IMG/VR virus record: IMGVR_UViG_3300029267_003445
Location: 1 to 62,107 of that record
Strand: one strand, 5' to 3'
Origin: a virus
Lineage: Duplodnaviria > Caudoviricetes
DNA: 62,107 nt
Below are positions 17,479-27,396 of the stretch, in pieces. The notes below the pieces were generated by a model that had not been told where the DNA came from, did not search any database, and was given only the letters and a program-made list of their open reading frames with translations. The position numbers and the translations under genes were made by a program. The number at the start of each line of letters is the position of its first letter. Positions within the stretch are counted from its first letter, which is position 1.

Positions 17479-19569
17479 ATGCCCATTCTTGGTGGATTTT
17501 GGGGAAACCCGATAGACACGACCGGGATTAATTTCCTCGGCACGTGGGACGCAAATGCAAACACCCCAACGATTGTGAGCAGCACTCATAGCGGGGACCC
17601 GGGGGATTTCTATATTGTTGGGACTGCCGGAACGACCAACATTGACGGAGAGGCAAGTTGGGCGGTTGGGGACTGGATTATCTGGGACGGAACGAAATGG
17701 AGGAAGCTGGACAATACGGACCTCGTGACCAGTGTGAACACTCAGACGGGTGCCGTTGTGCTCGGGGCCGGTGATGTGGGTGCGGACCCCGCGGGTACGG
17801 CGGCGGCGGGCGACGCTGCGCATCTTGCGGCATTCAATCACTCCCTAATTGCCACGGCGGTCCAGGCGAGCGTGCTTGAGGACCAGAAGGACCCGACCGG
17901 GTTCGTGAACCGTACGGACTCGTCGATTTCGTGGTCGGATGCCGGGCCGGGATACACGTTTACGATTGACAAGACGGGGGCGGGTTGGACGTTTTATATT
18001 GCGGGCGTCGCTTACACAAAGACGGCGGCTGAGTCGGTCCAGCTCAACCCGGCGTCAGAGGGTCTGCACTATATCTATTATGATGATTCTGGCGTGTTGC
18101 AAGAGACGAACGCGTGGTCCGATGCGTTGATTACGGATTATGCTCTTGTGGCGATGGTGTACTGGGATGCCACGAATAGTCTGGGCGAATTGATGGAGGA
18201 GCGGCATGGATGTAACATGTCGGGAACGACACATCATTATTTACATGACCAGATCGGAGCGGTGTGGGAAAGTGGCCTAGCTCTTGGCGATATATCGGCA
18301 GACCAGGATGGCAGCAATAACGCGCATGCGCAATTCTCCGTCGCCACGGGTGAGATTTACGATGAGGACGTGCCGCACACAATAAACGCAATTGCGTCTA
18401 ATGTAGGACTTGAAATTTGGTACTTGGACGGTGCTAATTGGCGAAAGACCACGAATGCCGGGTACTCTTTCATTACGGATGGCGTGACAAGTCGCATTGC
18501 CTATAACAACGCAGGGGCACAGACGGCTGTTGGGGATGGGAAGTATGTGCTCGTGCACGTATTTGCGACGAACTTCGCAGACGGTAATCCGATTGCAATT
18601 CAAGGGCAAGCACAATATGACAATATTTTAGCGGCTAGGGACGGGGCTGAAACGGAAATTGCGGCTCTTAATTTGAGCGGGTTGCCAAGTCCTGAGATGA
18701 AGGCGATTGGTACGGTTATCTTTCAAACGAAAGATTCTTATACTAACGCGGTGAATGCCCGCATCCGTTCCACGGACGGCGGTGACGACTATGTGGATTT
18801 CCGTGTCAACGCGGCGGGCCGTGGTGCTCCTGCGACGGACCATGGTTCTTTGGGCGGGCTTGCGGACAACGACCACCCGCAATATGTGATTCAGGGGTTG
18901 GACACTAACGACTATTCGATTCGGCCGACCGTAGATGGTGCAACTGCTGGTAATGCTCGGGGCGAGAGTTCAGTGGACTTGCAAACGTCGCGGACGGCTG
19001 CGACAATGGTTGCCTCTGGTGCGAACAGTGTTATCGTCGGCGGGGCTAACAATACGAACGACGTTGCGTACGGACAAATTCTTGGCGGCCTCGGCGCTAC
19101 CGTGTTGCGATACGGGGAGCGTGCGCAGGCAAGTGGACAGTTTGCGGCGGCGGGGGACGTACAGAACGGAGAGGCGTCGCTTCGGCGGTCTACAACGCAT
19201 AGTGATACGACGTGGTACACGCTTAATCCCGATGGGACGGCTGCGACAAATCTGATTACCATTCCCGAAGACTCAGTAATGGTTTTCGATGCATTGATTA
19301 GTGGTATTACGGCGGGCGCAGCGGAGTCTTTTGGATTCCAAATCCGGGGCGTGATCGAAAACGACGGGGGTACTACCTCGATGAAAGGCACGCCGGTCAT
19401 TGATATTTTGGACAGGGCGGACGACACGGATTTTGAAGTCCAGGCGATTGCCAGCGATGCGAATGACGCGCTGCTGATCCAAGTTCGGGATTCCGCGGGA
19501 GACTCTGGCCTGACCGTTCGTTGGGGCTGTAATGTTCGATGGCAGGCCACGATTTATCCGGCACCTTAA
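17479..19569 (+). CDS. Fibre-like virion protein
   Basis: Gly/Thr/Asp-rich mosaic: GTWDANANTPT, DHGSLGGLADNDHPQY, GNARGESSVDLQT, SVIVGGANN. Confidence 0.65.
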   Translation: MPILGGFWGNPIDTTGINFLGTWDANANTPTIVSSTHSGDPGDFYIVGTAGTTNIDGEASWAVGDWIIWDGTKWRKLDNTDLVTSVNTQTGAVVLGAGDVGADPAGTAAAGDAAHLAAFNHSLIATAVQASVLEDQKDPTGFVNRTDSSISWSDAGPGYTFTIDKTGAGWTFYIAGVAYTKTAAESVQLNPASEGLHYIYYDDSGVLQETNAWSDALITDYALVAMVYWDATNSLGELMEERHGCNMSGTTHHYLHDQIGAVWESGLALGDISADQDGSNNAHAQFSVATGEIYDEDVPHTINAIASNVGLEIWYLDGANWRKTTNAGYSFITDGVTSRIAYNNAGAQTAVGDGKYVLVHVFATNFADGNPIAIQGQAQYDNILAARDGAETEIAALNLSGLPSPEMKAIGTVIFQTKDSYTNAVNARIRSTDGGDDYVDFRVNAAGRGAPATDHGSLGGLADNDHPQYVIQGLDTNDYSIRPTVDGATAGNARGESSVDLQTSRTAATMVASGANSVIVGGANNTNDVAYGQILGGLGATVLRYGERAQASGQFAAAGDVQNGEASLRRSTTHSDTTWYTLNPDGTAATNLITIPEDSVMVFDALISGITAGAAESFGFQIRGVIENDGGTTSMKGTPVIDILDRADDTDFEVQAIASDANDALLIQVRDSAGDSGLTVRWGCNVRWQATIYPAP

Positions 19570-19585
19570 AATCGGGAGTTTGAAA

Positions 19586-19981
19586 ATGCAATTTGACCAC
19601 TCTGCGAAACTAATCGGTGAGGGTCTACTCAGCTCTTTGGTTGTGTTGTTTGACGGCGGCGGCAGTGCCATCACAACAGGGGTGAAGAGTTTTATCCAGA
19701 TGCCCTTCGCGTGTACTATCACAAAGGCCGTCCTCTTGGCGGACCAAAGCGGTAGTATCGTGATCGATATTTGGAACGATACGTACGCCAATCATCCACC
19801 CACGGACGCGGATTCAATCACGGCTTCAGCGCCGCCCACGTTGAGCACTGCGGTTAAGTCTTCGGACAGCACGTTGACCGGCTGGACAACGGCAATAGCG
19901 GTGGACGACATTCTGGCGTTTAATGTGGACTCGGCAACCACGGTCACGCTTGTGACCCTCATCCTTTCCCTGGAGCGATAA
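19586..19981 (+). CDS. Small beta-sandwich virion/fibre-associated protein
   Basis: DGGGSAITTG...SGSIVIDIW...DILAFNVDS; GGGAG RBS. Confidence 0.6.
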   Translation: MQFDHSAKLIGEGLLSSLVVLFDGGGSAITTGVKSFIQMPFACTITKAVLLADQSGSIVIDIWNDTYANHPPTDADSITASAPPTLSTAVKSSDSTLTGWTTAIAVDDILAFNVDSATTVTLVTLILSLER

Positions 19982-21075
19982 TGAGCGCGTTGGCAGACGC
20001 GGTTGCCTACCGCGAAAAATTAAGAGTCTTTCATAACGAGTCGTTGCCGAGCGGGGAAATCCGCGGTGCCGACAAGGAGTGGCGTCGTGATATTTGGCGT
20101 GAGAGTCAGCGTATGGCGACGCAGCAACTTCGGGAGGCTCGTAAGGTAATCAAGGCCAGAAAAGTAGACGCAGACCTTGAAAGTATTGTCGGCCTGGACA
20201 AGATGAAGTGGCCTGTCCATTGCAGTTCGTGGGAGGATCGGCTAGAGCGTATTTGCATGTTGCGAAACGTGTATCCCGAAGGGTACGAAAAACACGGTGT
20301 CGTGGATAATGAATACGTAAAGCTCAAGCAGTCGCCAGATGCTAAGCACCTCAGTAAGAGTGTGCCGTTGATCTGGAGAAAAGACCCGCCCCCGCCGGAC
20401 CCCTACGAGGACATTTATAACGATTACTCGCTCACGAATGTTGGCGTCTCCTATACGATAGACACTACGGATGGTCTATGGGTAAATGTCAGCAATCAAA
20501 ACAGAGCCGATGATTGGGTTATTTGGAAGGACCGTAACCCCGATTCGTTTTCTAATTTTGAGCACTTGTTCAAGTTCACGCCCGGCATTTCTGGGTCCGC
20601 AGATTGGGCAAGCTGTACGGCGTGGGGCGTGGTGAATACGTCTCCCGCAAAACACCGTCGAGACGGGTATGCTTGGATAGACAACAACGATGACGCTATG
20701 TTCGGTCGCCCGTATTCGAGCAATACCGGGCCGACGAATAAATACTATCTGTATTGTTGTTATGGGGCGGGAACCGACAACGATAACGGTGACCAGACAG
20801 AGGGCACTGCGTACTATCACACCGTCGAGCGTATCGGTGTTGATTTGCAGATGGAATATCGTACCGGAAGTCATTCGGGAACACTAATTGATACTCTGTC
20901 CGCAACGAATGACAGTGCGGTAACGACCTACAGATACAACGTTGCAGTCGCCGGATGGGACGAGGCGAATAGCTGTTGTGCAATGAGCTATAAATTTGAG
21001 GACTTTGATGTTCAGTGGGGGTACACTCCGGGCGGCGGAGGCCCTCGAACCTCGGCAGTGATTATGAGCCTATAA
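19981..21075 (+). CDS. Hypothetical protein (helical N-terminus, beta-rich C-terminus)
   Basis: TAATG coupling; aromatic/Asn/Thr-rich C-terminal domain. Confidence 0.65.
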   Translation: MSALADAVAYREKLRVFHNESLPSGEIRGADKEWRRDIWRESQRMATQQLREARKVIKARKVDADLESIVGLDKMKWPVHCSSWEDRLERICMLRNVYPEGYEKHGVVDNEYVKLKQSPDAKHLSKSVPLIWRKDPPPPDPYEDIYNDYSLTNVGVSYTIDTTDGLWVNVSNQNRADDWVIWKDRNPDSFSNFEHLFKFTPGISGSADWASCTAWGVVNTSPAKHRRDGYAWIDNNDDAMFGRPYSSNTGPTNKYYLYCCYGAGTDNDNGDQTEGTAYYHTVERIGVDLQMEYRTGSHSGTLIDTLSATNDSAVTTYRYNVAVAGWDEANSCCAMSYKFEDFDVQWGYTPGGGGPRTSAVIMSL

Positions 21076-21096
21076 CGTTTTTGAGAGGAGATAGAA

Positions 21097-21393
21097 ATGG
21101 CGTCAGCCGCATCAAACCAGACCATCACGGCCGCGGAAACGGTACTGTTCAATCAGGCTGCGGACGGGGGTCACTGCAATGAGTTCTTCGTGGGTGTTCG
21201 TTCTACCGCGGCGAACCCGTTGCAAGTGCACGTAGATGGATTGCACAAATCCGGGGAGTTCGTTGGCATGCCCGCGGGTTCGTCTTTGAGTTTCAAACAC
21301 AACATGCACGGTATCGGCAAGGTCCTCGCAAAAGGGGAAGGCGGGAACTGCGCCGGTGTTGACTATTGTGTAATCAGTCGCGTCGGTTTCTAA
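21097..21393 (+). CDS. Hypothetical small protein, probably structural
   Basis: GAGGAG RBS; position in the structural operon. Confidence 0.7.
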   Translation: MASAASNQTITAAETVLFNQAADGGHCNEFFVGVRSTAANPLQVHVDGLHKSGEFVGMPAGSSLSFKHNMHGIGKVLAKGEGGNCAGVDYCVISRVGF

Positions 21394-21403
21394 GGGGAAA
21401 GAA

Positions 21404-22048
21404 ATGTCCTACACGCCTCCCGGCGGCCCGGGTGCCGCTTACCAGATGGTTCGATTGTTCACGGTGTTTGATACCGCGGAACGTCGTAACCTATTGAACA
21501 ACAATCTAACGTCGATTGCGGATGCAATTACTTCGGACGCGGCGGACATTGCTGCGAATACCGTGGCCATCGCTGCGAATACCTCGGCCATCGGTGTGAA
21601 CACGCTGGCTATCGCTGCGAACGTGGCTGACATTGCCACTAACACGGCTGACATTGCCACTAACACGGGCGACATCGCTACTAACGCGTCCGGCATTTCC
21701 GATAACGTGACTGCGATAACTGCTTTACAGTTTCCCGCGCAGACAATCATTACCGATGCGTCCTATAACGTTGTGGTCGGGGATAACGCAACGGTGTTGA
21801 ACGCAAATCACGCCGTCGGCTGCGCGATTACAATACCCGCGGCGCTTGTTCCTACGGCGGGTTTTCAAGTATTGATTCGGCAGGTCGGCGCGGGCGCAAC
21901 TACTGTCTCGACTGGCGCGGGTGCGGACTTGAACGGGGTGGACGGTGGCACGTGCACCATTTCCGCGCAGTGGAAGTCTGTTTCTGTAACGTACGTCTCG
22001 GCCGCGATTGGTTGGGTCGTAGAGGGAGCCCACGGTGGAGTCGCCTAA
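21404..22048 (+). CDS. Trimeric coiled-coil fibre protein
   Basis: Heptads IAANTVA/IATNTAD with Asn in the core; C-terminal IRQVGAGATTV beta domain. Confidence 0.7.
   Translation: MSYTPPGGPGAAYQMVRLFTVFDTAERRNLLNNNLTSIADAITSDAADIAANTVAIAANTSAIGVNTLAIAANVADIATNTADIATNTGDIATNASGISDNVTAITALQFPAQTIITDASYNVVVGDNATVLNANHAVGCAITIPAALVPTAGFQVLIRQVGAGATTVSTGAGADLNGVDGGTCTISAQWKSVSVTYVSAAIGWVVEGAHGGVA
21626..21667 (+). repeat. 21-bp direct repeat (GCTGACATTGCCACTAACACG x2) encoding heptads
   Basis: Directly visible. Confidence 0.85.
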
Positions 22049-23052
22049 TGACTATTCGATTAAATACTATTGCGATGAATCAACAAGGTCTGACAGAGCC
22101 GGATTTTGCTACGGATGCATTGATCTGGCTGACGGAGGGCGGTCTAAATTTTGACGGCGGTTCGGGTGCTCTGACCTCTTGGGACAATAGCGGCAATGGT
22201 GGGTCGAATTATGATTTGGACACTGTAGGGGTTCCACTTGGTACTTCCGAGGTTACTAGAGAAGGACATTCTGGATTATTGATACAAGGAGGCAGCGACA
22301 TAACACCTTCTGCGGGGTATCAAGTATTACCGAATTTTAACGGTGATATTTTCATGGTGTTGAAGCCGGTTTCGGCCAATACTCAAATTTATTTGCCAGA
22401 TGCTTTCCCCGCCCCCACAACACCTCCGCCTTATCATTCGGCTGGTTTTCAGTTGAATTATGGTGCTTCCCCGACCTATATCCTGGGTCTAATTTGGATT
22501 GATACAACGTTGTACGCACAACCCTTCACTGGAGCGGCGAACAAGTACGCAGACTGTTCTATCTTTAACCCGAATGAAGGTATTTATACTCTCGCGGGCA
22601 CACACAACGGAGAGTCATATTGGTCAGGGGCGGGGGGTTATCATATTTGGTATAACGGGGGCGGGTTGTGGTACATGTCAACCACTGTTGGGGTTCCTCC
22701 TGCGACTGCGTGGTACGAGAAGTCCGGTAGTTCCGATCCAGATGGTGACTATGCGCCGAAAGGAATTGCGAGCGGTACGTTTACTGTCACAAGTGGTGTA
22801 GACCCGGCCCCGAATACTGCGTTCCTAGTGCACCTCAAGAAAAGCGATGTAAGTGGGAAACTGGAGTGGGAGATGGGTACGCTATCCGGCGATGAAAACA
22901 TGGGGGCGTCTAATTTTAGCTGGGCAAAGATAGGTAAGAATACTAACGCGGGGGACCTTGAGCTGTATGAGGTCGCCGTGTTCAATTCTGTGTTGTCGGA
23001 CAGCGATGAACAAGCCGTTATAGATTGGTTTGAATACAAGTGGAATCTTTAA
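22048..23052 (+). CDS. LamG/ConA-like lectin-fold protein
   Basis: LTSWDNSGNGG at the start and LYEVAVFNSVLSDSD...YKW at the end; visibly more AT-rich than its neighbours. Confidence 0.6.
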   Translation: MTIRLNTIAMNQQGLTEPDFATDALIWLTEGGLNFDGGSGALTSWDNSGNGGSNYDLDTVGVPLGTSEVTREGHSGLLIQGGSDITPSAGYQVLPNFNGDIFMVLKPVSANTQIYLPDAFPAPTTPPPYHSAGFQLNYGASPTYILGLIWIDTTLYAQPFTGAANKYADCSIFNPNEGIYTLAGTHNGESYWSGAGGYHIWYNGGGLWYMSTTVGVPPATAWYEKSGSSDPDGDYAPKGIASGTFTVTSGVDPAPNTAFLVHLKKSDVSGKLEWEMGTLSGDENMGASNFSWAKIGKNTNAGDLELYEVAVFNSVLSDSDEQAVIDWFEYKWNL

Positions 23053-23065
23053 CGCGGGAAGTACG

Positions 23066-23764
23066 ATGGGAAATTACACAACGACCGCCGCGGTTCGGGC
23101 ATTCAAGATCAACGGCGCAGTGGTGGACCTATCCGCCTACACAAACGATGAAATCGATGCAGAGATCACACTTGCGGAGGCGGCGATTGAGGCTATCTGC
23201 GGTGACATTTTCTACACGAAGGCGGAAACCAATCTGTTTGATGGCAACGGGCTCAGCACACTGTTCTTTCAGCCGGACCCGCCGTACCCTTTGCTCTCTA
23301 TTACCACGTGCAAGAACTTGGATATTGACGGAACAACCGTTCTGGATACGTATGTGGAAGGCGATGATTATGTTGCCTATGATTACTATATCCAAGTCGC
23401 GTTTGGGTGGAGTGATGATAGTCCGCGCAGGCGGATTGGACGTGGCGGCGTGTGGCCGAGAGGGCAGCAAAATATTCAGATTGTCGGGACGTGGGGCCGT
23501 GCAAGCACTCCGGCGGAGATCACGCGGGCTGCGATTCTAATGGTGTTGGAGCGGTTGAAGCCTGGAAGCACAAAAATGATTCTTGCGGGCGTGCAGAAGG
23601 TGACGTGGGATGATTTCGCCATAGAGTACGACGCGGGTTTTAAGTTTGGGCAACAGACCGGCATTCCCCTGGTCGATCAAATGCTCAGCCGGTACTTGAA
23701 CTTCAGTAGCATGTTTCAAGCGGTGCCGGATAAGAAGCAGACGTTTGACAATCCCCGCTGGTAG
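23066..23764 (+). CDS. Head-tail adaptor (gp15/gp6-like)
   Basis: YTT..VR, AEAAIEAICG, FDGNG, WPRGQQNIQIVGTWG, PAEITRA, TGIPLVDQML. Confidence 0.75.
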   Translation: MGNYTTTAAVRAFKINGAVVDLSAYTNDEIDAEITLAEAAIEAICGDIFYTKAETNLFDGNGLSTLFFQPDPPYPLLSITTCKNLDIDGTTVLDTYVEGDDYVAYDYYIQVAFGWSDDSPRRRIGRGGVWPRGQQNIQIVGTWGRASTPAEITRAAILMVLERLKPGSTKMILAGVQKVTWDDFAIEYDAGFKFGQQTGIPLVDQMLSRYLNFSSMFQAVPDKKQTFDNPRW

Positions 23765-23767
23765 GAG

Positions 23768-23783
23768 TTGCACGCACGTGCAA
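23768..23783. promoter_or_regulatory. Palindromic box copy 3 (TTGCACGCACGTGCAA)
   Basis: Fills most of a 26-nt intergenic gap. Confidence 0.8.
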
Positions 23784-23790
23784 GGGTACG

Positions 23791-24420
23791 ATGTCTCATC
23801 CTTTGCTTGGATTAGTACACACCGTTGATATTATTCGCAAGGCGGACGCGGATGACGGCGCGGGCGGCATCACGCCCGGGGGCGCTGAGACGGAGGTGTA
23901 CGCGTCGCGGGCGTGCCGATTGACGGTTGCCTCTATTGAGGAGCGGATACAGCGGTTCGGACAGGCGGGCAAGCGCGGGTGGAGCGTGCTCTTGGAGTAC
24001 TCCCCCAACATTGCAGAGGGCGATTTTGTGCGGGTGACGTACGGGGACCCCCCGAACAACACTCCGCCTATCCCGGCAACGTTGCCCACGTGGGGCACGG
24101 TTATGACCCCGGCAGACGTACAGACGCTAGACTCCGACCTAGCGACCCCTCCCACGTACACGGACGGCACGTATACGCTCGCTTTCGGGGGTCAATGGGT
24201 GTTTACATACCCCGGGGGCACCATTGCTCTAGGCGGCTCCGCAACGGATAATCCGTGGGCGCTGTCTGGGTGGCCAGACGCGGGGGACGCGGCGGGGTAT
24301 TGGGAGGTCACCTACGGGTGGGGGACTAAGGATTTTCGGGTACTGAGTGCTCGGGACCAGATTGATGAGGTGGGCGCGTACCACCACACATCCGTGATTA
24401 CGGAGTACGAGGGGGTCTAA
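23791..24420 (+). CDS. Head-closure (stopper)-like protein with an internal insertion
   Basis: HTVDIIR...DDGAGG, CRL, and terminal FRVLS...HH; gene order supports the call. Confidence 0.6.
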   Translation: MSHPLLGLVHTVDIIRKADADDGAGGITPGGAETEVYASRACRLTVASIEERIQRFGQAGKRGWSVLLEYSPNIAEGDFVRVTYGDPPNNTPPIPATLPTWGTVMTPADVQTLDSDLATPPTYTDGTYTLAFGGQWVFTYPGGTIALGGSATDNPWALSGWPDAGDAAGYWEVTYGWGTKDFRVLSARDQIDEVGAYHHTSVITEYEGV

Positions 24421-24421
24421 G

Positions 24422-24943
24422 ATGCATGTGGTCATGAGGCTGGAGGGAATGGAAAAAGTGCGGGCGCGGCTTGCGGGCGCAGCAAGCAAAATGCCCGCCG
24501 AAGCCGCGGCGGCGATGTACACGTCGGCGCAGCACATTCTTGTCCCCGCGATGCGTATGAAGCTGACTAAAAATCGCAGTATTTTTCGCGGGCAGCTCTT
24601 TCAGCGAATGGGTACGCGTTTCTCGGAGGGCGGTGTTTCCATCGAGGTGGGGGCGTTGGGGGTGCCCTACGGCTACCACGTGGAGCGCGGATGGAAGCCG
24701 GGCGAGGAGACGGTGGATTTTGGAAAGATTTTGCAGTACGTAAAGAAGAAGATGTTTGGAGGTCGCCGTATTGGCAAGAGCGGGCGGGCAAGCGCGGAGT
24801 CGCTTGCGTGGGCGATTTATGATACACTGGAAGAGAAGGGGGCGAAGCCGCATCCATTTGTCATTCCGGCGTGGGAAGAGCGTCAAGACGAGTGGTCGCT
24901 GGACGTGGTTCGGCGGTTGAAGACCCGGTTGGGAAAGATATAA
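24422..24943 (+). CDS. HK97 gp10-like neck/tail-completion protein
   Basis: LEGMEKV, GQL, VPYGYHVERG, GAKPHPFVIPAW. Confidence 0.75.
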   Translation: MHVVMRLEGMEKVRARLAGAASKMPAEAAAAMYTSAQHILVPAMRMKLTKNRSIFRGQLFQRMGTRFSEGGVSIEVGALGVPYGYHVERGWKPGEETVDFGKILQYVKKKMFGGRRIGKSGRASAESLAWAIYDTLEEKGAKPHPFVIPAWEERQDEWSLDVVRRLKTRLGKI

Positions 24944-25413
24944 TGGCGTGGGTGGGACAAGAAAAACTGAACAAGGCAATCGTCGCTGAGCTGGTATCGG
25001 ATGCTTCGTTGGTGACGTTGACGGAACATAGTGCGACCGTGTTGCACATAGGACGCGATACCCCGCTGGTGAAGGGTCGAACGCCCTTCCTCGGGGTGCG
25101 TGTGGCCTCCTCTGTTCCGCTGGTGGGTGTAGAGGTGACAAAGCTCCAGAATGCGACGGTGGAGTTTCGCGCTATTGGTGAGGGGGCGGCCGGGGAATTG
25201 ACAGCGATTAAAATAGCTGATAGACTTGAGGAGTTGCTCCACGCTGCGGACAATAATAGGAGCTATTGGGACCCGAGTGATACGGCTGTACGCTGTTATG
25301 GTTCCCGGTTTCTATCCCGCGCCGGACAGATGTATGATGAAGATACGGATACTTGGGAAGTGCTGGTCAGGGCGGCTTTGATTTGGATTGGGGTCCCCTG
25401 CCCGGTAGCATAG
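24943..25413 (+). CDS. Tail terminator-like protein
   Basis: Size and position before the tail tube; IADRLEELLH. Confidence 0.6.
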   Translation: MAWVGQEKLNKAIVAELVSDASLVTLTEHSATVLHIGRDTPLVKGRTPFLGVRVASSVPLVGVEVTKLQNATVEFRAIGEGAAGELTAIKIADRLEELLHAADNNRSYWDPSDTAVRCYGSRFLSRAGQMYDEDTDTWEVLVRAALIWIGVPCPVA

Positions 25414-25432
25414 TTTACGAGGTGCGGAAGAA

Positions 25433-25912
25433 ATGGCTAGTTCCGACAACATTCTTATCGGCGCTGCGCAAATTTCGCTCGACGGTGTAGACCTTGGATA
25501 TACGAAGGGCGGAACGATGCTTCGTTACGAGCCCACGTTTGTCGAGGTCGAAGCGGATCAAGCCGTTGGCGTGGTCAAACGAGGCCGCGCGAACGAACGG
25601 TTTTACATTGTGACGACCCTGTTGGAAATCACCTTGGAGAACCTCCGTATCGCGTTCATGCTTCCCTCCGCAAGTCTTAGCGGCTCAACGCTCACGCTCG
25701 GATATAACGATTCGTGTTGGGTTGATGAGCATGCCCTGGTCTTGGTAGGGGAGGCTCCTAGTTGTGCGACGAGGACGGTCACCATCACAAAGGCGATCAC
25801 GTTCAACAACAAAGAGTATAACATGCAACGCGATGAAGAGAGCGGAATCGAAGTCGAGTTCGAGTGTTTGAAAGACTCGAACGGCGAGTTCGGCACAATC
25901 GTTGACACCTAA
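25433..25912 (+). CDS. Major tail tube protein
   Basis: NILIGA, DLGYTKGG, EADQ, TLLEITLENL, EVEFECL, FGTIVD. Confidence 0.82.
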   Translation: MASSDNILIGAAQISLDGVDLGYTKGGTMLRYEPTFVEVEADQAVGVVKRGRANERFYIVTTLLEITLENLRIAFMLPSASLSGSTLTLGYNDSCWVDEHALVLVGEAPSCATRTVTITKAITFNNKEYNMQRDEESGIEVEFECLKDSNGEFGTIVDT

Positions 25913-25928
25913 TCCGGGAGGTTTTGCA

Positions 25929-26171
25929 ATGGCTTCAAGTGAACTCGGAAGCTACGTGGACACTACTCTTACGGCGCAGGGTATCAACACGGCCCCGGAG
26001 GTCAAGAACTTTCGGGTGCCGGGGGAGAGGCGAAACAACGCATACTCTCCCACGGCGGGTCAAATGTTCACGGCGCTTGCGGCAATCAATACCGCAAGAG
26101 GTACGCAGTGGACGAGCAGGAAGCGCGTGCGGCACGACGCGCTCCGACTGTTGCAAGAGGGTGCTCTATAG
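25929..26171 (+). CDS. Hypothetical protein
   Basis: GGGAGG RBS before ATG25929. Confidence 0.65.
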   Translation: MASSELGSYVDTTLTAQGINTAPEVKNFRVPGERRNNAYSPTAGQMFTALAAINTARGTQWTSRKRVRHDALRLLQEGAL

Positions 26172-26207
26172 AACGCGTGGTGTAGCGTGTTCGTTTTTCG
26201 TTTTTTT
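26171..26207 (+). terminator. Possible terminator or U-rich translation enhancer
   Basis: GAACGCG...CGTGTTC hairpin then GTTTTTCGTTTTTTT. A similar U-rich tract precedes the capsid RBS (~15155-15175). Confidence 0.4.
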
Positions 26208-26226
26208 AGAATAAGGAGATGGCCAG

Positions 26227-26601
26227 ATGGGTCATAGCTATGTTCAAGGGGGTGCGAGCAATAACATGGGCGACTTCACCGTTGTGAAGTCCAACCCTTC
26301 TGGCACGACGGTACGTTTCACGGTCACCGACACTGCCTATAAGCTCACGACCTCCAAAATGATTCGCATGGTGATTGGAGATGCGATTGACCAGTTTATC
26401 GCCGCGGAGCGCAGCGACCTGGACACGAACGGGGACACCGACGTGAAGGGTTCTGGCGACTACGAGGGCGTGGGCGACGGTTTCAAAAACGTCGTTTGGA
26501 ACTTCGCTGGGAAGTACGCTGAGCTAACGCTCACTTCGCTGACCAACATCGCCGCGACTGGTAACATCACCGTCAGCATTCCGTATGCCGACGTGATCTA
26601 A
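26227..26601 (+). CDS. Hypothetical protein, probably an abundant structural protein
   Basis: TAAGGAG RBS; C-ending codon bias like the capsid gene; hairpin downstream (26603-26629). Confidence 0.7.
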   Translation: MGHSYVQGGASNNMGDFTVVKSNPSGTTVRFTVTDTAYKLTTSKMIRMVIGDAIDQFIAAERSDLDTNGDTDVKGSGDYEGVGDGFKNVVWNFAGKYAELTLTSLTNIAATGNITVSIPYADVI

Positions 26602-26642
26602 AGCAATCGCCCCCGCCCGGGGGCGTTGCGGGAGATGAGTAG

Positions 26643-26990
26643 ATGCAAGACAGTGAATGTAAAAGTCGCAGCGCCCCGTTCGGTACAAAAGACCTGAACG
26701 AGGCTGCGTTTTTGTGGTGTCAGGAAGGTGTGAACTTGCTGCGCGTGGAGGCGGCCGGGGAGGGCCGGGGCATCACAATCTTCTTTGTTTTTTCTGTTGA
26801 TGCCACCGAGGAAGCACTACGACAGCTCATGTTCGACTATCGGAACGGGGCAACGACCGTAGAGCCTCAGCGATATGTGCAACAGCAGAACAATCTTCGG
26901 GATATGCTTCATAGTAGTTTGGCACGGACCAAACGGAAGCGACCCCACACCTACGAGACGATGAAAGATAAAGACAATGACACCGACTGA
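26643..26990 (+). CDS. DUF5659-like small phage protein
   Basis: TKDLNEAAFL...FFVF...YRNG...VEP pattern. Confidence 0.55.
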   Translation: MQDSECKSRSAPFGTKDLNEAAFLWCQEGVNLLRVEAAGEGRGITIFFVFSVDATEEALRQLMFDYRNGATTVEPQRYVQQQNNLRDMLHSSLARTKRKRPHTYETMKDKDNDTD

Positions 26991-27396
26991 ACGACTGGTG
27001 AACGTAGGCGTTCCTATTACGTTGAAAGCGATTGGGGACGTGCGTGTTCGGGAGCTGACCCTGGAGCAGATTGTTACCATTGCCGGAGACTTGGCAGTGG
27101 TGTTGAAAGGGTTGCCCTCCCTCGCGGATGAGACGGCTGACAAGGAGGCTGCGATAGCGTGGCTGTTGGAGGCCGTAAAGAGGCCGGAAGTATTGGCTGC
27201 GTTGCGACAGGTCGCCGCTTCGACGTGTGGCACGACGCCTACGATGTTTGAGAACATTGGAATTTCGGATTGGGTCAAGTGGTTGAACGCGGCGAAAAAG
27301 GCAGTTGATTGGGAGGAACTGCGCGACCTTTTTTCGGAGATGATCCCGCCGGGGATTTTGACCCCGAGCGAGCCGCCGATGACATCAGCGACTTGA
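26977..27396 (+). CDS. Tail assembly chaperone (G-like)
   Basis: VRVRELTL; lies between tail tube and tape measure. Confidence 0.75.
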   Translation: MTPTERLVNVGVPITLKAIGDVRVRELTLEQIVTIAGDLAVVLKGLPSLADETADKEAAIAWLLEAVKRPEVLAALRQVAASTCGTTPTMFENIGISDWVKWLNAAKKAVDWEELRDLFSEMIPPGILTPSEPPMTSAT

